Of a stretch of 64,000 nucleotides of DNA, positions 1 to 13,659 are shown one piece after another. The translations under genes were made by a program, and so were the position numbers. The stretch is from NCBI RefSeq assembly GCF_006345805.1, contig NC_042997.1, positions 51,832,001-51,896,000 of the forward strand, written 5' to 3'. The notes under the pieces are model-generated. The model was given only the letters and a program-made list of their open reading frames with translations. It searched no databases and was not told where the DNA came from. The first letter of the stretch is position 1. Each line of letters opens with the position of its first letter. The DNA comes from Octopus sinensis (lineage: Eukaryota).

Positions 1-2012
1 TGCCAATCCTAACCTTGCTGACAGCCTCTCTGTATAGAGCCTGTACAGCCCTTATTAGCCATTCTTCAATCTCCAGTTTCCGCATCGACCACCAGATGAG
101 GGAACGGGGAACCCTGTCAAAAGGCTTTCTCCAAGTCTACAAAAGCTATGTAGAGGGGTTTATCTTTAGCTAGGTACTTCTCCTGCAGTTGTCGGACCAG
201 GAATATAGCATCAGTGGTGCTTCTACCTGGTACAAAAACGAACTGCATTTCATCTAAACAAATTCTCTCCCTAATGAGATGGGTTATGACCTTCTCTGAG
301 ACCTTCATCACCTGGTCCAACAGTTTGATACCTCTGTAGTTATTTCTATCTAAAGCATCACACTTACCCTTGTAGCAGTTGACTATGGTGGTGCTGCACC
401 AGTCATTGGGTATGACTCCATTGTGAACTACCTGGTTTACAATGCGGGTGACTATGGTATAGCCCACATAGCCAGCTGTTTTAAGCATCTCAGCAGTGAT
501 TCCTGATAGGCCAGGGGCTTTGCCTGGTTTCATATCCTTAATTGCCTTATCTACAAGGGAGCTGTCTATTCGGGTAGCTGGTCCCTCTACTGGGTCAACA
601 TTTGGCAGGCTCTCCTCCTCCCATTCATTCTCCTCATTCAGCAGTCTTTCATAATGGCTTCTCCAAGCCTCTTTCTTTTCACTAGCAGTAAAAGCAAGTG
701 CCCCATCATCCATGCGGACACATTTCTCTCCTATAACATCACTATTTTCTCTGACACACTGTCTGGCAATCCGAAATACTTCAGCTCTTTGATCCTCGCG
801 TCGCTGGACATTGGCAAACTTCTTCTTTTCTGCTACGTCTTTGGCTATGTATACCTGCCGCCCAGCCTCCCTTTTGGCTATCTGGTACAGTTCCCTGCTT
901 CCCCCATCCTTCCAGGCTTTCCAGGCCCGTCTCTTTTTACAGATGGCTTTATCTACTGCACTATTCCACCACCACGTAATTCTAGGTCTGGAAGGGACTT
1001 TGCACCATCCACAGACTCGGTCTGTGGCACTCAGCAAGCTGTCCCGTAGGAATTCCCAGCTACCTTCTATGTCTGACATCTGAAGCTCCTCCTCCCTCTC
1101 ATCAAATTTCTTGATGTGTATGTCCCTAAATTTCTGACCATGTGAAGGGTTCTTTAGCCTCCAAATCCTTCTTTTCTGGATTGGTTTGTTTCTTGGAGTC
1201 CTTCTGGCCTCAAGCTTAAAGTCACTGATGATTAGTCTATGCTGAGGGATACATTCTTCACCTGGGAGGGTCTTTGTATTCAAGAGCAACCCTGCATCCC
1301 GCTGTCTGGTGAGGATGAAGTCTATTTGGCTAGCGGAGTCTCCTGACTGATAAGTTATAAGGTGGCAGACTGGCTTCTTGAAGTTAGTGTTGCAGATTGA
1401 AAGGTTACATGCATCACAGAATTCCAGCAGTCTAGTTCCCTCATCATTTCTGGTGCCAATACCATAGCCACCATGTACCCCAGTGAAGATACCCGATTCC
1501 CGCCCAACATGCCCATTAAAATCTCCACCTACAAAGATGAGGTCCTTGCTACTAGTCTTTGAAGTAGCCTGCAGAAGGCTATCATAAAAGTTGTCCTTCT
1601 GATCATTTGGTAGTCCCGCTTGTGGGGCATAGGCGGAGATAATCATAGCTGTGCCACTCTGTAGGACCAACCTGAGCTTAAGCACTCTATCGCAAACCCT
1701 GACAACCTCTATGACCTCATCCACCCATTTCTCCGCAAGGAGAATGCCTACACCCCCTACACCTTCCACGTTACCTTGCCAGAAGAGTTTGTACCTAAGT
1801 GCCTTGCCCGTGAGGACCCTAGCCGAAGCACCTCTCCATCTTACCTCTTGTATGCAGCATACATCAACCTGTCTTCTCTCTAGCATCTCTACAATCTCAC
1901 TAGACTTGCCTGTCAATGTACCAACATTGATAGTGCCAACTCTGAAAACTGGGAAGGAGATGTGGGGGGAGGGGGGGAATTCAGCGCCTGAGAAGAGGGG
2001 GGTTGTTGTGGT
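1..2012 (-). mobile_element. RTE-clade LINE, young copy, runs off the left edge of the window
   Basis: Long APE endonuclease + RT reading frame. After a 1-nt insertion at 119-122 the frame continues as AFDRVPRSLIWWSMRKL...SKVRIG to base 1. The 5' side abuts a (TA)n tract at ~2013. Confidence 0.95.
117..1916 (-). pseudogene. RTE LINE ORF (APE endonuclease + N-terminal RT), frameshifted at 119-122
   Basis: 599-aa ORF with APE motifs (NVGTL just upstream, CIQEVRW, SAYAPQ, GGDFNGHVG, SQIDFIL, PQHRL) and RT motifs (KAPG, NYRGIKLL, MQFVFVPGRSTTDAIF, AFVDLEKAF). The stop is caused by GCC TTT T GAC. Confidence 0.95.
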
Positions 2013-2013
2013 G

Positions 2014-2046
<33 letters not shown>

Positions 2047-2186
2047 TAAGATTAATCAGCCGAAATTGCGAAGATGATCCGGTTCTTGACTGAAGATTGA
2101 AGGCTTCGAATGTCCCATCCGTGTTTTTTGTATCGTCTTCTAAATGTTTTACGTTCTTGTCCCAGTTTGTATTTTTTTACATTTAC

Positions 2187-2244
<58 letters not shown>

Positions 2245-2251
2245 CACAAGA

Positions 2252-3151
2252 GTCAAGGAATGGAGTAGATACCTGGCAGCCTTGGTTGCCTACTGTGAAA
2301 CATAAAAAGAACTTTTTGCAGTTTATCAGATTCCCAGGCTGACCATAATCTTGTGAGTGGGTTTGGATGACAAAAATTGAAAGAAGCTTGTTGTATGTGT
2401 GCATGTTAGTGTCACTGTCATACAAGCAGTGTCCTTCATTTCCAGTATTCTGCAAGAACATGTTTGGCCATGGAGAAATGTTTCCTTGTCTGGAAACAGG
2501 TGAAGGTTGGTGACAGGAAGGGCATCTAACTGTAAAAATTTCGCCTCAATAAACTCTGACCCATGCAAGCATGGAAAGGTGGGCATTAAAATGATGATGA
2601 TATATCACAGTATCACCTAACCTCCTCAAACTCAGTTAGAATATATTATAAGATCAGAATGAAGAAACTTCATCACAAAACCACAAAGTAGCAAATCACA
2701 GAACACACATCTGGCAATCAATGTAATATACAGAGGTCAATGGAAGTTGTACATTGTTAACTTCATGACATATACTTACAAGGAACACATATGACACTTT
2801 GTCAGTAGTTAACAATGTCTTTACAAGAAACCATTTCAATTCATTGTAATACTGTACACAACACAAGTGCTTATAAAAGATATATTAGAGATCCCAAGAG
2901 ATAGACATTGACAGCACTATAATTTAATTTTGAATTCAGCACTGGTAGCAAAGTAAACTAAAAGAAATCATTAAACAACTATGTCACATAATAAATAATG
3001 AAATCTACCAGTACATAACCATTGTATAATTTTTACACACACACACACACGTAAGCATGCACACGCGTCAAGGAATTGAATAGATACCTAGCAGCCTTGG
3101 TTGCCTGCTGTCAAACATAAAAAGAACTTTTTGCAGTTTATCAGATTCCCA
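2252..3151 (+). repeat. 85-bp direct repeat pair (2252-2336 and 3067-3151)
   Basis: gtcaaggaat...cagattccca occurs twice, 80/85 identical by eye, each copy preceded by a (CA)n tract. Confidence 0.9.
2333..2601 (+). mobile_element. 5'-truncated SINE with RTE-type 3' tail
   Basis: cccaggctgacc...gtgagtgggtttgg...gaaagaagc core, then ggttggtgacaggaagggcatc...ccatgcaagcatggaaa...atgatgatgat, matching the RTE 3' end at 19180-19324. Confidence 0.8.
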
Positions 3152-3719
3152 TTACAAAAGTATTCATATGATCCTTTATAGCCTACTGCAAAATTTGTGA
3201 ATGACATGCCATTATTACTATTTCATTCTTATGATAAGACCTGGAAGGTCTTGAAACATTAATAGACTAATTGATTTAGGAACACTGTTATTACAAACTA
3301 AATAATGAATGAGGAAATATGAAAAATCTGATATCTTTATCTATAGGTAGTAATGTTGATCTGTTTGTCTTGGAACAGCATTACCATTTCTCTATGAAAC
3401 TTTATAAAATTTTTGTAAGATCCCTATGCAACCCAGAATAATGTGTGACTGAGAAAATCTTGGGCACTTAGTCCAACTTAGTCCAGTGGATGAGTTAACA
3501 AAAGAAATTGTTAGTTGTAATTGATTGCTGGGGAGAGAGAGAGATAGTTGTAGGAGCAGTAGCTGAGTATGTGTTTTAGTGTGAAATGCAGAAATGTCAA
3601 TTTGTCTGGTCAAGCTCTTGTTTTCTCTTAGTTTTTCATTAAACTCTTTCACTTACATACACTGTTCCTCATTGTTGTCACATCATATATATGATGTGTG
3701 TATAGATATATATATATGA

Positions 3720-3752
<33 letters not shown>

Positions 3753-3755
3753 AGA

Positions 3756-3918
3756 GATGGCTATGTTAAGAAGTTTGCTTCTCAACTTCATGGTTTGAGG
3801 TCTGGTCCCACTTCATGGCACTTTAGGAAAGTATCTTCTGCTATAAACCCAAACTGACCCAAGACTTGTGAGTGGATTTGGCCGATGGGAACTGAAAGAA
3901 GCCTATCTTGTGTGTGTG
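3756..3918 (+). mobile_element. tRNA-derived SINE, 5' half
   Basis: gttaagaagtttgcttc...ggcactttaggaaagtatcttctgcta...gtgagtggatttgg...ctgaaagaagcc, same family as the copies at 29215, 34894 and 53675. Confidence 0.8.
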
Positions 3919-3926
3919 TCTCTCAC

Positions 3927-4720
3927 CAGAGAAGACGCCTCTTGGAGGATGATGCAGACTGAAATAGTAACCTTGGCTGAAGATGCAGTTTTGCATCCCC
4001 AAAGCAAGATGAGGTGCCTCTTTGCTATAATTCTCTGTACCTGTTCACTGTCCAATTCTTAACAAACCCTGGTATAATCACCAGGACAGTACATCTGATG
4101 GCATACACTATTAAGCACAATAAGCATCAAAAGACCCACACCTTGAGCTTACTTCTGTCATGTACAATCAAGCACTGACTCTTATTGAAAATATTGTACA
4201 GTCCTTTGCTGGCGAAGATCATGGACAATGTGGGTAGCCAGCTTCAGAAGGAGCTCTAGTTGCAATGCTTAGTTGAGAGGTTCTCTAGGCAGCTTATGAC
4301 ATTCAACAACTGGAACAATGCTCAACAAAATTAATTACTTTTGGTTTCTATGGGGAAAAAATGCTTATACAAGGATCAATCAATTGTTAACATCTGACTT
4401 GATAAGAATAGTTTCTTTGGATGCTTTTGGTGAAACAAAGAAAATCTTTGATCAACCTTATTTTGGTAAAAAGTGACCTTATCTGGAATTGCTCCAGCTT
4501 TGCTCACATGTGATAGGACAACTCATTCTGCTTTGAAGCTGTCACTCAACCTTGCACTCTATGATAGTTCTATCTGCAATATTGCCAGATGATCTGGACA
4601 GGCAGACACCCAGGAGCAGACCAGGCTGAAAGTATGAGTGCACATCTTAGATACTTGCATTTGAAGTTCTTGATCAAGATCTCAGATGTGCCACTAACAC
4701 GGGTAGAGTTATGGTCAATT
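3927..4720 (+). mobile_element. Helitron RepHel (PIF1-like helicase) pseudogene fragment
   Basis: Broken frames give QRRRLLEDD, KMRCLFAIILCTCSLSN, MYNQALTLIENIV, a degenerate Walker A (SLDAFGETKK), SGIAPALLTCDRTTHSALKLSLNL..CNI and FEVLDQDLR, in Helitron order. Confidence 0.8.
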
Positions 4721-5819
4721 TTTTTAGTCATTTTTCTGGGTCATCTTAGAGTGTACATTTGGTGATGTTCAGGTTATGCCTAAAAAACCCCCAAAACTAT
4801 ATTTGCTGATAAGAGGAAAACTTCAACTTAATTCCTCAGTATATGAATAAAGTCAATTCCAAAGTAAATTGAAACATAAGCAGAATATTTCATATGAATA
4901 TCATCACAAAGTGTTAATAAATATAAATAGAAGTTCAAGAATATAGAAGATACAAAACTTAGATAATAATATAGATAATAAGGATGATTTTTAGCAGTAA
5001 CCAAACTTTCATTTGACACTATATATTACTGAATAAATATGGCAGTTATTTGAGATAGCATTTTTGTTGTGATAATACTTTAATAATCTATAGATTAAAA
5101 AATCAAACCAGACTACTGTATTTTATGTTTGCAATTCTAGAATATTGACTGTTAAATTCATTGCATGCTATTGTTGTATGGAAGTGTCAAAAGTTTGAGC
5201 AGTTTATTTACACTTGTATAGAAATATGAAATAACTGAGTATTTTCAGATAACTCTAACAATTTCCAAATGAATTCACTAGTTTGATTCAAGGCTGTCTT
5301 GCAGTCACACTGTCAAACCTATTTATAGACAGGTTTAAAATCTTGTTTCTTTTGTCAAACAGCTCATTGTTATACAAAATAAATGTTCAATTAACCTTTC
5401 TCTCTTCTTCCCTCTTACTTTTTTAAACTCAATTGTTTGTATTTTCTTACAGTTAATTTCTATTTATAAAAGAGTTTTATGAGTCCAAATAGCTCTTGTA
5501 AAGAAAAGAGGTTAAATTTTAGTATGAGAATCTGATTAAAATTATTCAGATACTCTCATCTCATCTTAGTTGGTCAAACATTTTAGTATGAAGCCATTAA
5601 TTGTAGCTCTAAATGTGATTAGTTAATTTGTTGATTTCGGCTTGCTTTCTGAAATTGGAGTCATTCAACTGTATTAAACTGAGATTATCTAGTGGAACCT
5701 AGTTTTAGCTTCTCAAGGCTAGATTTCTTTAAGTGTTGACAATTTGAACTTTTAGCTCCACCATTGAGAATTTACTAAATCCTGTTGAAATCCTTCATTA
5801 TATGAGATTTTATGACTAG

Positions 5820-6235
5820 TTTATTATTTTCCCTTCTCTTCTACTCAAAAGGCTTCCACATTTGAGATAGTGCTGCTGTACACATAAACATTTTAAGCTG
5901 TATCCAAAGTGAAACAGCTATCAGCATGGAGTTATTCACCATCACATTCTAACTCATGCTCACACATGCTACTTCTTTATGAAGCCTTTCCTGTGGATAT
6001 TAAAATAGCTTCTGCATTTTGAGATTGACTGGCTTTTGCCACCTTCACCAGTCTTACCTGAGTTACTTGTTTCTCCTCTCATCCCTCACAGTGCATGTAG
6101 CCTCTTCTTTCAGACCCATACTAACCACATCTTTTCTCCCCAGAATGTCAGTTCTCAAGAATGGTCTCACTGTCCATTTTTTTCTACAGTCATCAACTTG
6201 CAGTGTTCAAGATGACTATCAACCACATTGATCCC
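5820..6235 (+). mobile_element. Degenerate 3' end of a Jockey/CR1-group LINE
   Basis: Translation includes SFLPRMSVLKNGL..F...NLQCSR-like C-terminal motif (FFPRT..LWN.LP..F...NLQ.FK). Confidence 0.5.
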
Positions 6236-8119
6236 AGCAGTCTTGGAGGGTTGGCAAAAGCCATAAGTTCAGTCCCATCTAGGCAAAATAATTAAAAGGA
6301 AAAAAAAAAAACTGATTGCTTGCTAAAAATATCTGATATCTTGTTTTTGAGAATGAAGCATGTAGACCTAAGTTCAAATTTTTTTTTTATCTATTTCTGT
6401 ATGGATTTAAGTACTCGAGTTCAAAGATAGTCATTGGTTTCTCTTTTCAACTCTTATCCCATAAACTTTCAGCATCAAACACATTTTCATTGACATCTCT
6501 GTTTTTGAATGGGATCTAACAATATAACATTTAATATCTAAATACAAATAGTACTACAGCAATGAACTCATTCCATTTCTCATGAATAATTCTTAAATAA
6601 CTCTCTTTTGCCAGTGACCTCCTAAGTGTCTCAAATATGATGCAGCAGTGTAAAATTTCTCTCAAATCAGGGTTGACATTTTCTTCAATTAGTAGCTTTC
6701 AGAATAAAAATGTTCATATAATTGATAAACCTTTCCTCTTTCACAAATTGAGTCTTTGGTCCACCTTCAGTGATTATGCACTGCTCCTTTCTGTCATTAC
6801 TTCACTATTCTCTGTTCTTCCAAATTTGTTTAGCTGTATTACTTCCATATTCAAAACTATCCTTTACTCTCATTATTTCACTAGCTGCCATTAACACTCA
6901 ATCTCTTAACTCTTTTACTGCTGAAATTGGGTATATTCACTCAAAATTTCATTATCCTTAATTGCAGAAAGCAGTTTTATGTACCAATTTATCTTTTTTT
7001 GAGGAATGTCATGTTTGAAGCTTTTTTTTGTTGAGTTATGTCAAGTTTATTGAGGCAATGTGACTTACAGAAAATATCACTTTTTTGGTAGATATTTAAC
7101 ATAATTAATGGAATAACCATGAAATTTAATTTTGCAGTTAAATGGTTAAGCTACATTCAAGGCCTTATATGTTTAGACTGACTTTCTGAAGAAGTCATCT
7201 TTCTAAATACTAATTTCCAACTTTTTAGCTCTTTGTAATGATATTGGTTTCATTCAATCACTCTCTGAATCATTTTGAGCTGAGACAGGATACGGGGAAT
7301 GTCTTCTTTGCTATTCAGTTTGTAGTTAATAGCTATATAGTACATATTGGTAATAGCATAACAAGGTTGGTGTAGAATATGTCAAGATTACAAAAGTCAA
7401 TTAGTTTGGCAAAATAGTCAATTAATTTGATAGAATAAAAATCAATATTTGTTCATGAAGTTATCTTTGAGCTTTGATATAAAAGGGAAAATGGCTATTG
7501 TGAACAAGAAATATAGCATTTTTTCAAGATAATTTAAGCTGACCCTTTCATACACACTTATTTGAAGTTTTTTCAGATTACGTTGAGATATGCTAGTTAA
7601 TTCTAATGTAAATGTTTGCTTATGGTTTAAGAAATAATTATTTACAAGTTCAATTTTCTTGATACAAGAATGAAAATATTTGAAGTAAATTAACTAGGGA
7701 ATGATATAAGAAATAACAGTTTATCAGTATTATTGATTAATCTTACAGGGTTAATCTCATAACCTTAAGTATAAACAATAATTAAATGAAAGTATATACT
7801 TCCAGAATGAAAATATTGTGACTTTATGCATTTTTTCTTAATTTCTGTTAGCCTTAAAACTTTTGAAAGAATTTGATTGGCAATATTTATATCTTTTTCG
7901 AATGAGTGGTTAGAGCAACATGTACCTAGTTTTATAAATTTGTTTCCCCATCATTATAGTGGAAATCTTACATCCTTCTATATGCTCCTCTTCTATGCAG
8001 TCAGGTCTTTAAACAGAATTTTTACAAACAGTGCTAAGACCTTCAATACCATTTGAATACTATTCTTTACTCATAGTAAATCAGTTGTATTTTGTACCTA
8101 TTCTCCATACCATCTAGTG

Positions 8120-8980
8120 CACAGTACTAAACATAGCAAATTTAACAAGTAACTGGACCTCACTGTATTCCAACCAGCAGTTTAAAACAGTGCTCCTTCT
8201 CCACTCTAATTGTTCAGTCTTTTCTTTTTACAGAAATTTTCTGAGACATCAAAATGTTGTCATGTGTATTCCATTCTCAAGAAAGGTAGTCTTATGTCAA
8301 TTACTGGATTCCCACTCTTGTATTAGCACATTCAAGTTGATGGACATCAATGTAAACTGCCTCATACTATACTATCATGAGTGTCTTTCCTTTCTCAGAC
8401 TTTCATTATGAGACTTGCAATGAGAGATCTACTGGAGACCTCTTGTATATGAGTGTAATGGTCTTTCCTTTGAGAACTTTAGTGAAAAACAAGCTTACTG
8501 CTCTTCATCAACACCATTACTGAATAAGGTTTTCACCAGAAATCTTTTGATAAAAGTGCGTGCTTAATGTCTCCATTCATATAGTTAGGAATTTTTCTGA
8601 CAGTCTTCTTCATTGTAATATCTAGGGAGAGCTCTAATCTTAGCTCTATAAATTTAAGTGTTTTAGGATTTGATTTGGGGATATTTCCTACATTCTTACA
8701 TCTTTGGTTAACAATCAGTTAACTGTTTTCTTAAAACACTCTCATTCTCATATCACTGATTTAAAATTATATGGTATTTTGCTCAGAACTCCACCACAAC
8801 TGCAACATTGTGTTCCATTGAATTAACTGATATATGCCACTGTTGTACAATATGGTCCTCATTATAACTTTGTTTCCTCTATCCAAAGCTGACTCAACAG
8901 AAGCTACTTAAATTTCTCTCTTACATTTGGCATGCTCTTGTCTCATATGGAACCTTAAAACCACCCCATTAGTTTGTCCA
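8120..8980 (+). mobile_element. Highly degenerate Jockey-group LINE RT fragment
   Basis: Remnants resembling PILKKG (attctcaagaaaggt) and RSTGDLL (agatctactggagacctcttg). Confidence 0.4.
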
Positions 8981-9642
8981 TTTCTTCTGAATAAGGACAG
9001 CCAAAATATCGTGTGGTGAGGTGTGATAACTTTTTTTTTCAACAGTATCATAACTTTACTTTTGAATATCTTATAAATAAAAAAAGCTTCATCGCATTTT
9101 TATAACTTGTAAGAAATACAAGCATCAATCACATTCTGTACAAATATCAACAATTTTTCATGAATGTCATATGTACTTCATATTTCCAAGAGGGTTTCAG
9201 AAAACAAGGTTCACTCTCTGATCTTCTAAATTCAAACCACACTAAAATAATGGCTTCATATTTGGTTCAATATATGCCTATTTTCTAACTTGCACCAGAA
9301 AAAAAAATCTTCCAAAAGCTCCATCTTATTCAGTAATCATTGGCTTAATAATTTTCTATTGTTATTGAGATACTCTCTTCCCTTCTGATCTCACCTACTG
9401 AAATCACTCTTAAAAGAGTAGGCCAATCAAGTCTCCTTTCAATTACACTCTAAACAAGGAAAGATATATTGGATAATGTAGCCCTAGATATATTATGCCA
9501 GAAAATGGAATGAGATCACCATGACTGGAATTTCCTTTTTACTCTTTTTCAATCACTCTGGTACTTTCATGTTATGTATGTTTTTATTCTAACAATTAAC
9601 CATTGACCACACTAATCTCACTCTATTATCTTTATTTCTTAA

Positions 9643-9804
9643 CCCTTTAGCATTTAACTGGCCATATCTGACCCTAATATTCTACCTTGTTTTATGTCAA
9701 AACTGGTCAGATGCAGCCTCTCACACCTACTACCCTACAATGTCATTCTAAAAATAAACAATCACAACTTCAAAATTTCAAAACTATGAGATAATGCTAA
9801 AGGG
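9643..9804. mobile_element. piggyBac-type MITE, 162 bp
   Basis: TTAA at 9639-9642 and 9805-9808; perfect 12-bp TIR ccctttagcatt / aatgctaaaggg; CCC...GGG termini. Confidence 0.9.
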
Positions 9805-10299
9805 TTAATCTACGAAAGATTGAAAAGAATGCATCTTTTTCATCAGATTTATCAGGAAAAAAAAAATCCCACAAATAGTTGATTACACAGAATGTTCAGA
9901 TGCACTATTAGCATTGTCTGATCTCCTTCATTTGCAAGTGGAACTGTTTAACTGTTGGCATACATTAAGAACTTTTGAACTATAATGACAGCTTTATAAC
10001 GTAATACTTTTTTTTACCTCAGTATTGACTAAAATATTACACCTTTCTATTTAAGATGATGGAATATACAAGAAAGCATTTTATATAGAAAAATTATTAA
10101 CGAGACAGCTGATTATAATTATGGAGTATTTTATATCATGTATGTAATATGAGATGTTTATTTTGAATAAGTCTGTTCTTTTCATTAGAACAATGGTCTT
10201 AAATTTTTGAGGCGAATAAGTGATAATGTTCATAATTATCTCATTTTTTTAAAGTCAGAGGAGTATTTGTCAGTACCCATAGCTTTTGAAATACTTAAG

Positions 10300-10500
10300 A
10301 TGATCAGATGTAATTGATGTTCAGCTCAGGTTTCTGCAGGTTGGTACCAATAAGAAATATGTGGGCAGAGGAAGGTCCTGAACTTAAAGGATGATTGTGC
10401 AAAGTGTTAAATAGTTTAGGGTGTGAGACACAGGAGCATGGCAAAAGGGAATTGGTTGGGCTTCAGAAATTGTATCTCTGACTCACCTTATTAAGAGTTC
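10300..10500 (-). mobile_element. Degenerate Jockey-group LINE 3' end
   Basis: Minus strand resembles the C-terminal motif at 6130-6230 (ttcaggacc...cacatatttc...aacctgcag...aacatcaat). Confidence 0.35.
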
Positions 10501-11683
10501 ACCACTTGCTTTCACTCACTAAATCTTGTTTAGAGAATGATTTATAAGTTAGACACTGGAAAGTAATTAGTAATTATAATCTATGTATTTCCGTTTCTTA
10601 TTCATTAAGATTTTCATCTTGATTTTCTAATCAATCTGACTGCCAACATTAGAGAATGTTGTTTGTTGTTGTTACATATACATATATTTTTCTGCTGGCA
10701 AATATTGATCTTAGATGAACTTGGAAATTAGTATATCAACACCGTGATGTTTGCTAGAGCCCATAGTTTATTTCTTTTACTTTTTTTTATCTATTTGCTT
10801 GATTAATATTCTATCTGTTATTAGCTGTATTGTTTCTTGGGAGTATCAAGCAATATATTTTCTATTATATAAATATGTTACTAGTCAACTAAGCTTTCAA
10901 ATCTTATGGTTATAAACTATATTGTTTTTATAATTTCTATGTAACTGATGATGAATTTATAAAATTTGAAACAGATTTTTTAATGGTATTTGTTTACAAG
11001 TTTTTTTTTTACATTAACGCCTTATGTTTAAAAATAAGACATCAACATATGTCTTCACTGATTGATTTTAAAATTCATTCATACACACACACACACATGC
11101 ACAGGGAAATAAGTTTTTCCACATGAGTAAAAGTATAAAGAAAAGTTGAAAATACAATTTAATAAAATTTATATTTAACTGGCTTCACAAATTTATTTGA
11201 TTTTCAGAAGTAACAGAATATGAAGTTTCGTCATAGATGCTTTGTGTGACAATTTTCTTGAAGAGTCTTCTACAATTTATTACATTTTCAAATTTTAAGT
11301 ATCATTATATTGACATTAAATGGCTTGTTGTTCTTTCCCAAGTTGTTAGTCTGTCCTTTGATGATGTTAGTATCTAACATTTCCCCATTTAATAAATTAC
11401 TACCCATGTATGCATATTAATACATCATCTACTCTTTATATCATCTTTTATCGAGCTCATTAAAATATTAAACCTATGTTCATTTTCACTCTAAATGGTT
11501 ATAATAATTTCACTTTCCAAGTTTGTGTTGGCTATCACTAAAAGTGATATACAATTAATTAATTATTTAATTGCAATCTATTAATAATAGAAATTACAAA
11601 TCTAAACACTCTACTAATTTACAAACTCTTATTGATCTACAAATTTGGTATGCATTCTTCAGTTGGGTTAATACTATCATATG

Positions 11684-11731
<48 letters not shown>

Positions 11732-12702
11732 ATATCAGTGGGAATAAAGTAGTTTCAATCTCATTTTGTGATTTTATTTAATAACAGCTGGTTTATTTAC
11801 TGTTTCAGTCTGGACTAGCCATATGCTGGGAGTAACTGATATAGTTTGACTTCTGCATCTGTAGGGAGCTAGTTACTTTGTAGAAACTATGTCTTCCATA
11901 CCATTTATGAACCTGATATGCACATAATTAGGATAAGCTATGAGTGATTTAAATTTTTAACTATACACATACCACACAGATGAATTGTACCAAGTTGGAA
12001 GTATTGATTCTGTAGAAATTTTTTTGGAAAATGAGAACTTTTCACAAAGTGTTTTATTGATAGTTGTAATAGATCATATAGCATGTAGAGCATGGCTTCT
12101 TGTGTTAAATGTTTAGTTTTTCATTTCAAGAGCTAACTTTATAATGGTTTCCAACAATTCCATTATACTTTTTGCACTGTGAGTTATCTTAAGGATTTGT
12201 GTGGGATTGTACCCTTTTGTAGAAGTCCCATGCTTATTTAGGAATCTTTCAACTTGGGAGAAATGAAAGAAACTTTCTAGCTGAAAGAATTAATAACATT
12301 CTAAAAATGGAGGAGAGATGGCTTAGGCACTTACTAGTAGAAGTACTTGCATCATGGCGTGGATCAGTGAATGGGAGACAAAGAAAAAAATTGTTCAATT
12401 ATAAATAAATGTAAATTTGAATTATTACAAAGAATAAGAGTCCCTTTAAAGTGTATTGACAAACATTCAAATAAATGAGTATTGTTTAAGAAAATTATAT
12501 TTCAGGTAATAAAAACTAGGTTTAATTTTATTACATGGTTATGTACAGTATTTCTTCAATGAAAAACATTAGGTTATACGCTTTTAGAAAATAAGCATAG
12601 GGTGTACTAAGGAATTATGTGGTCATTATAAATTTAAAGCTGTAACTCAAGTGTGAGACTTGTGATTACATAGGTTTACTTATCCAGATCTTTAGTTTAT
12701 AA

Positions 12703-12733
<31 letters not shown>

Positions 12734-13659
12734 AGGGTGAATTTGAGCCTTTTATAATTTTATATTTTGCCATGGTTTTATTGCCTAACACAAACTTTGA
12801 TCTTACCACTAAATCAAAATGTTTCATGAGGGAATGTTTGTTTTCTCACAGCTCTTGTAATTGTGTAAGCTTCTTTTTCAACACTGTGTTAAATGGGTTT
12901 TTTCTTTCTTGTTTTACTAGAATTAAAGGACCTTGAGGAAAATGCCATAGGTCTATTATTACCTTATGATAATGTTGCAGAAAAAGCTTCATCAGTAGCA
13001 CATGTTTCAATAGTAAAAAGCAATTCATCATTGATAGTAGCCACAGCTACATGTTTAAACCTTTAATATTTGTAATAGAATACACTATCTGTGACTTTTA
13101 ATTAATTTTGAAAATAACCAAGCATTTGATGGAACAACAAAATGTTCTTGCATAAAACCATATTGGAATGTTTTGAATATAAATACTTTAAAAATGAGAG
13201 ATTTTGTATCATAGAAAATCATAGGCTTCATCTGGTTGGATCAAAAGAGTTGATATTAATTTTGAAAAAATCAATACATTTTACAGTCCTCAGACAGAAA
13301 GAAACTTGCTGCAACTTTCAAAATAGTAGGAAAGAATTCATTTTGTGTAATATGAGAAATTAAGAATTTGTAGTAATTCATCACTATTTTGAGAGATAGA
13401 TAACTCTTCAAGAGGTTGATGGTTTCTTAGATCAAGTGATCATTCTCCATGTGATATGAAATAACTTAAGAAATTAATTGACATTACATTGTTTTTACAT
13501 GTTTTTTAGTTCTCATTATGTCTGGCAACTTTAAAAAAAATTCAAAAGGTTAGCATTGTGTTTAACTTTGTCACCACAAACTTAATAAAAAAAAGTATCT
13601 ATCTCTTAAAAGTTTTGAAATTTTGACTCTATCAGTTCTTTATCCAGGGGTGTTGGTCA

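Noticed and set aside
1951-2002. G-run cluster (possible G-quadruplex) at the RTE 5' end
   Set aside because: It is on the strand antisense to the LINE with no supporting evidence; no HDV-like ribozyme was recognisable there either.
654-2049. Plus-strand ORFs of 90-132 aa
   Set aside because: Antisense shadows of the RTE ORF.
2050-2160. gccgaaa...ctgaaga repeat fragment
   Set aside because: Order and spacing do not give a valid hammerhead fold; left as an unclassified repeat.
10940-10995. ctgatga...gaaac hammerhead-like match
   Set aside because: Pairing is almost all A-U in AT-rich DNA and helix I is absent.
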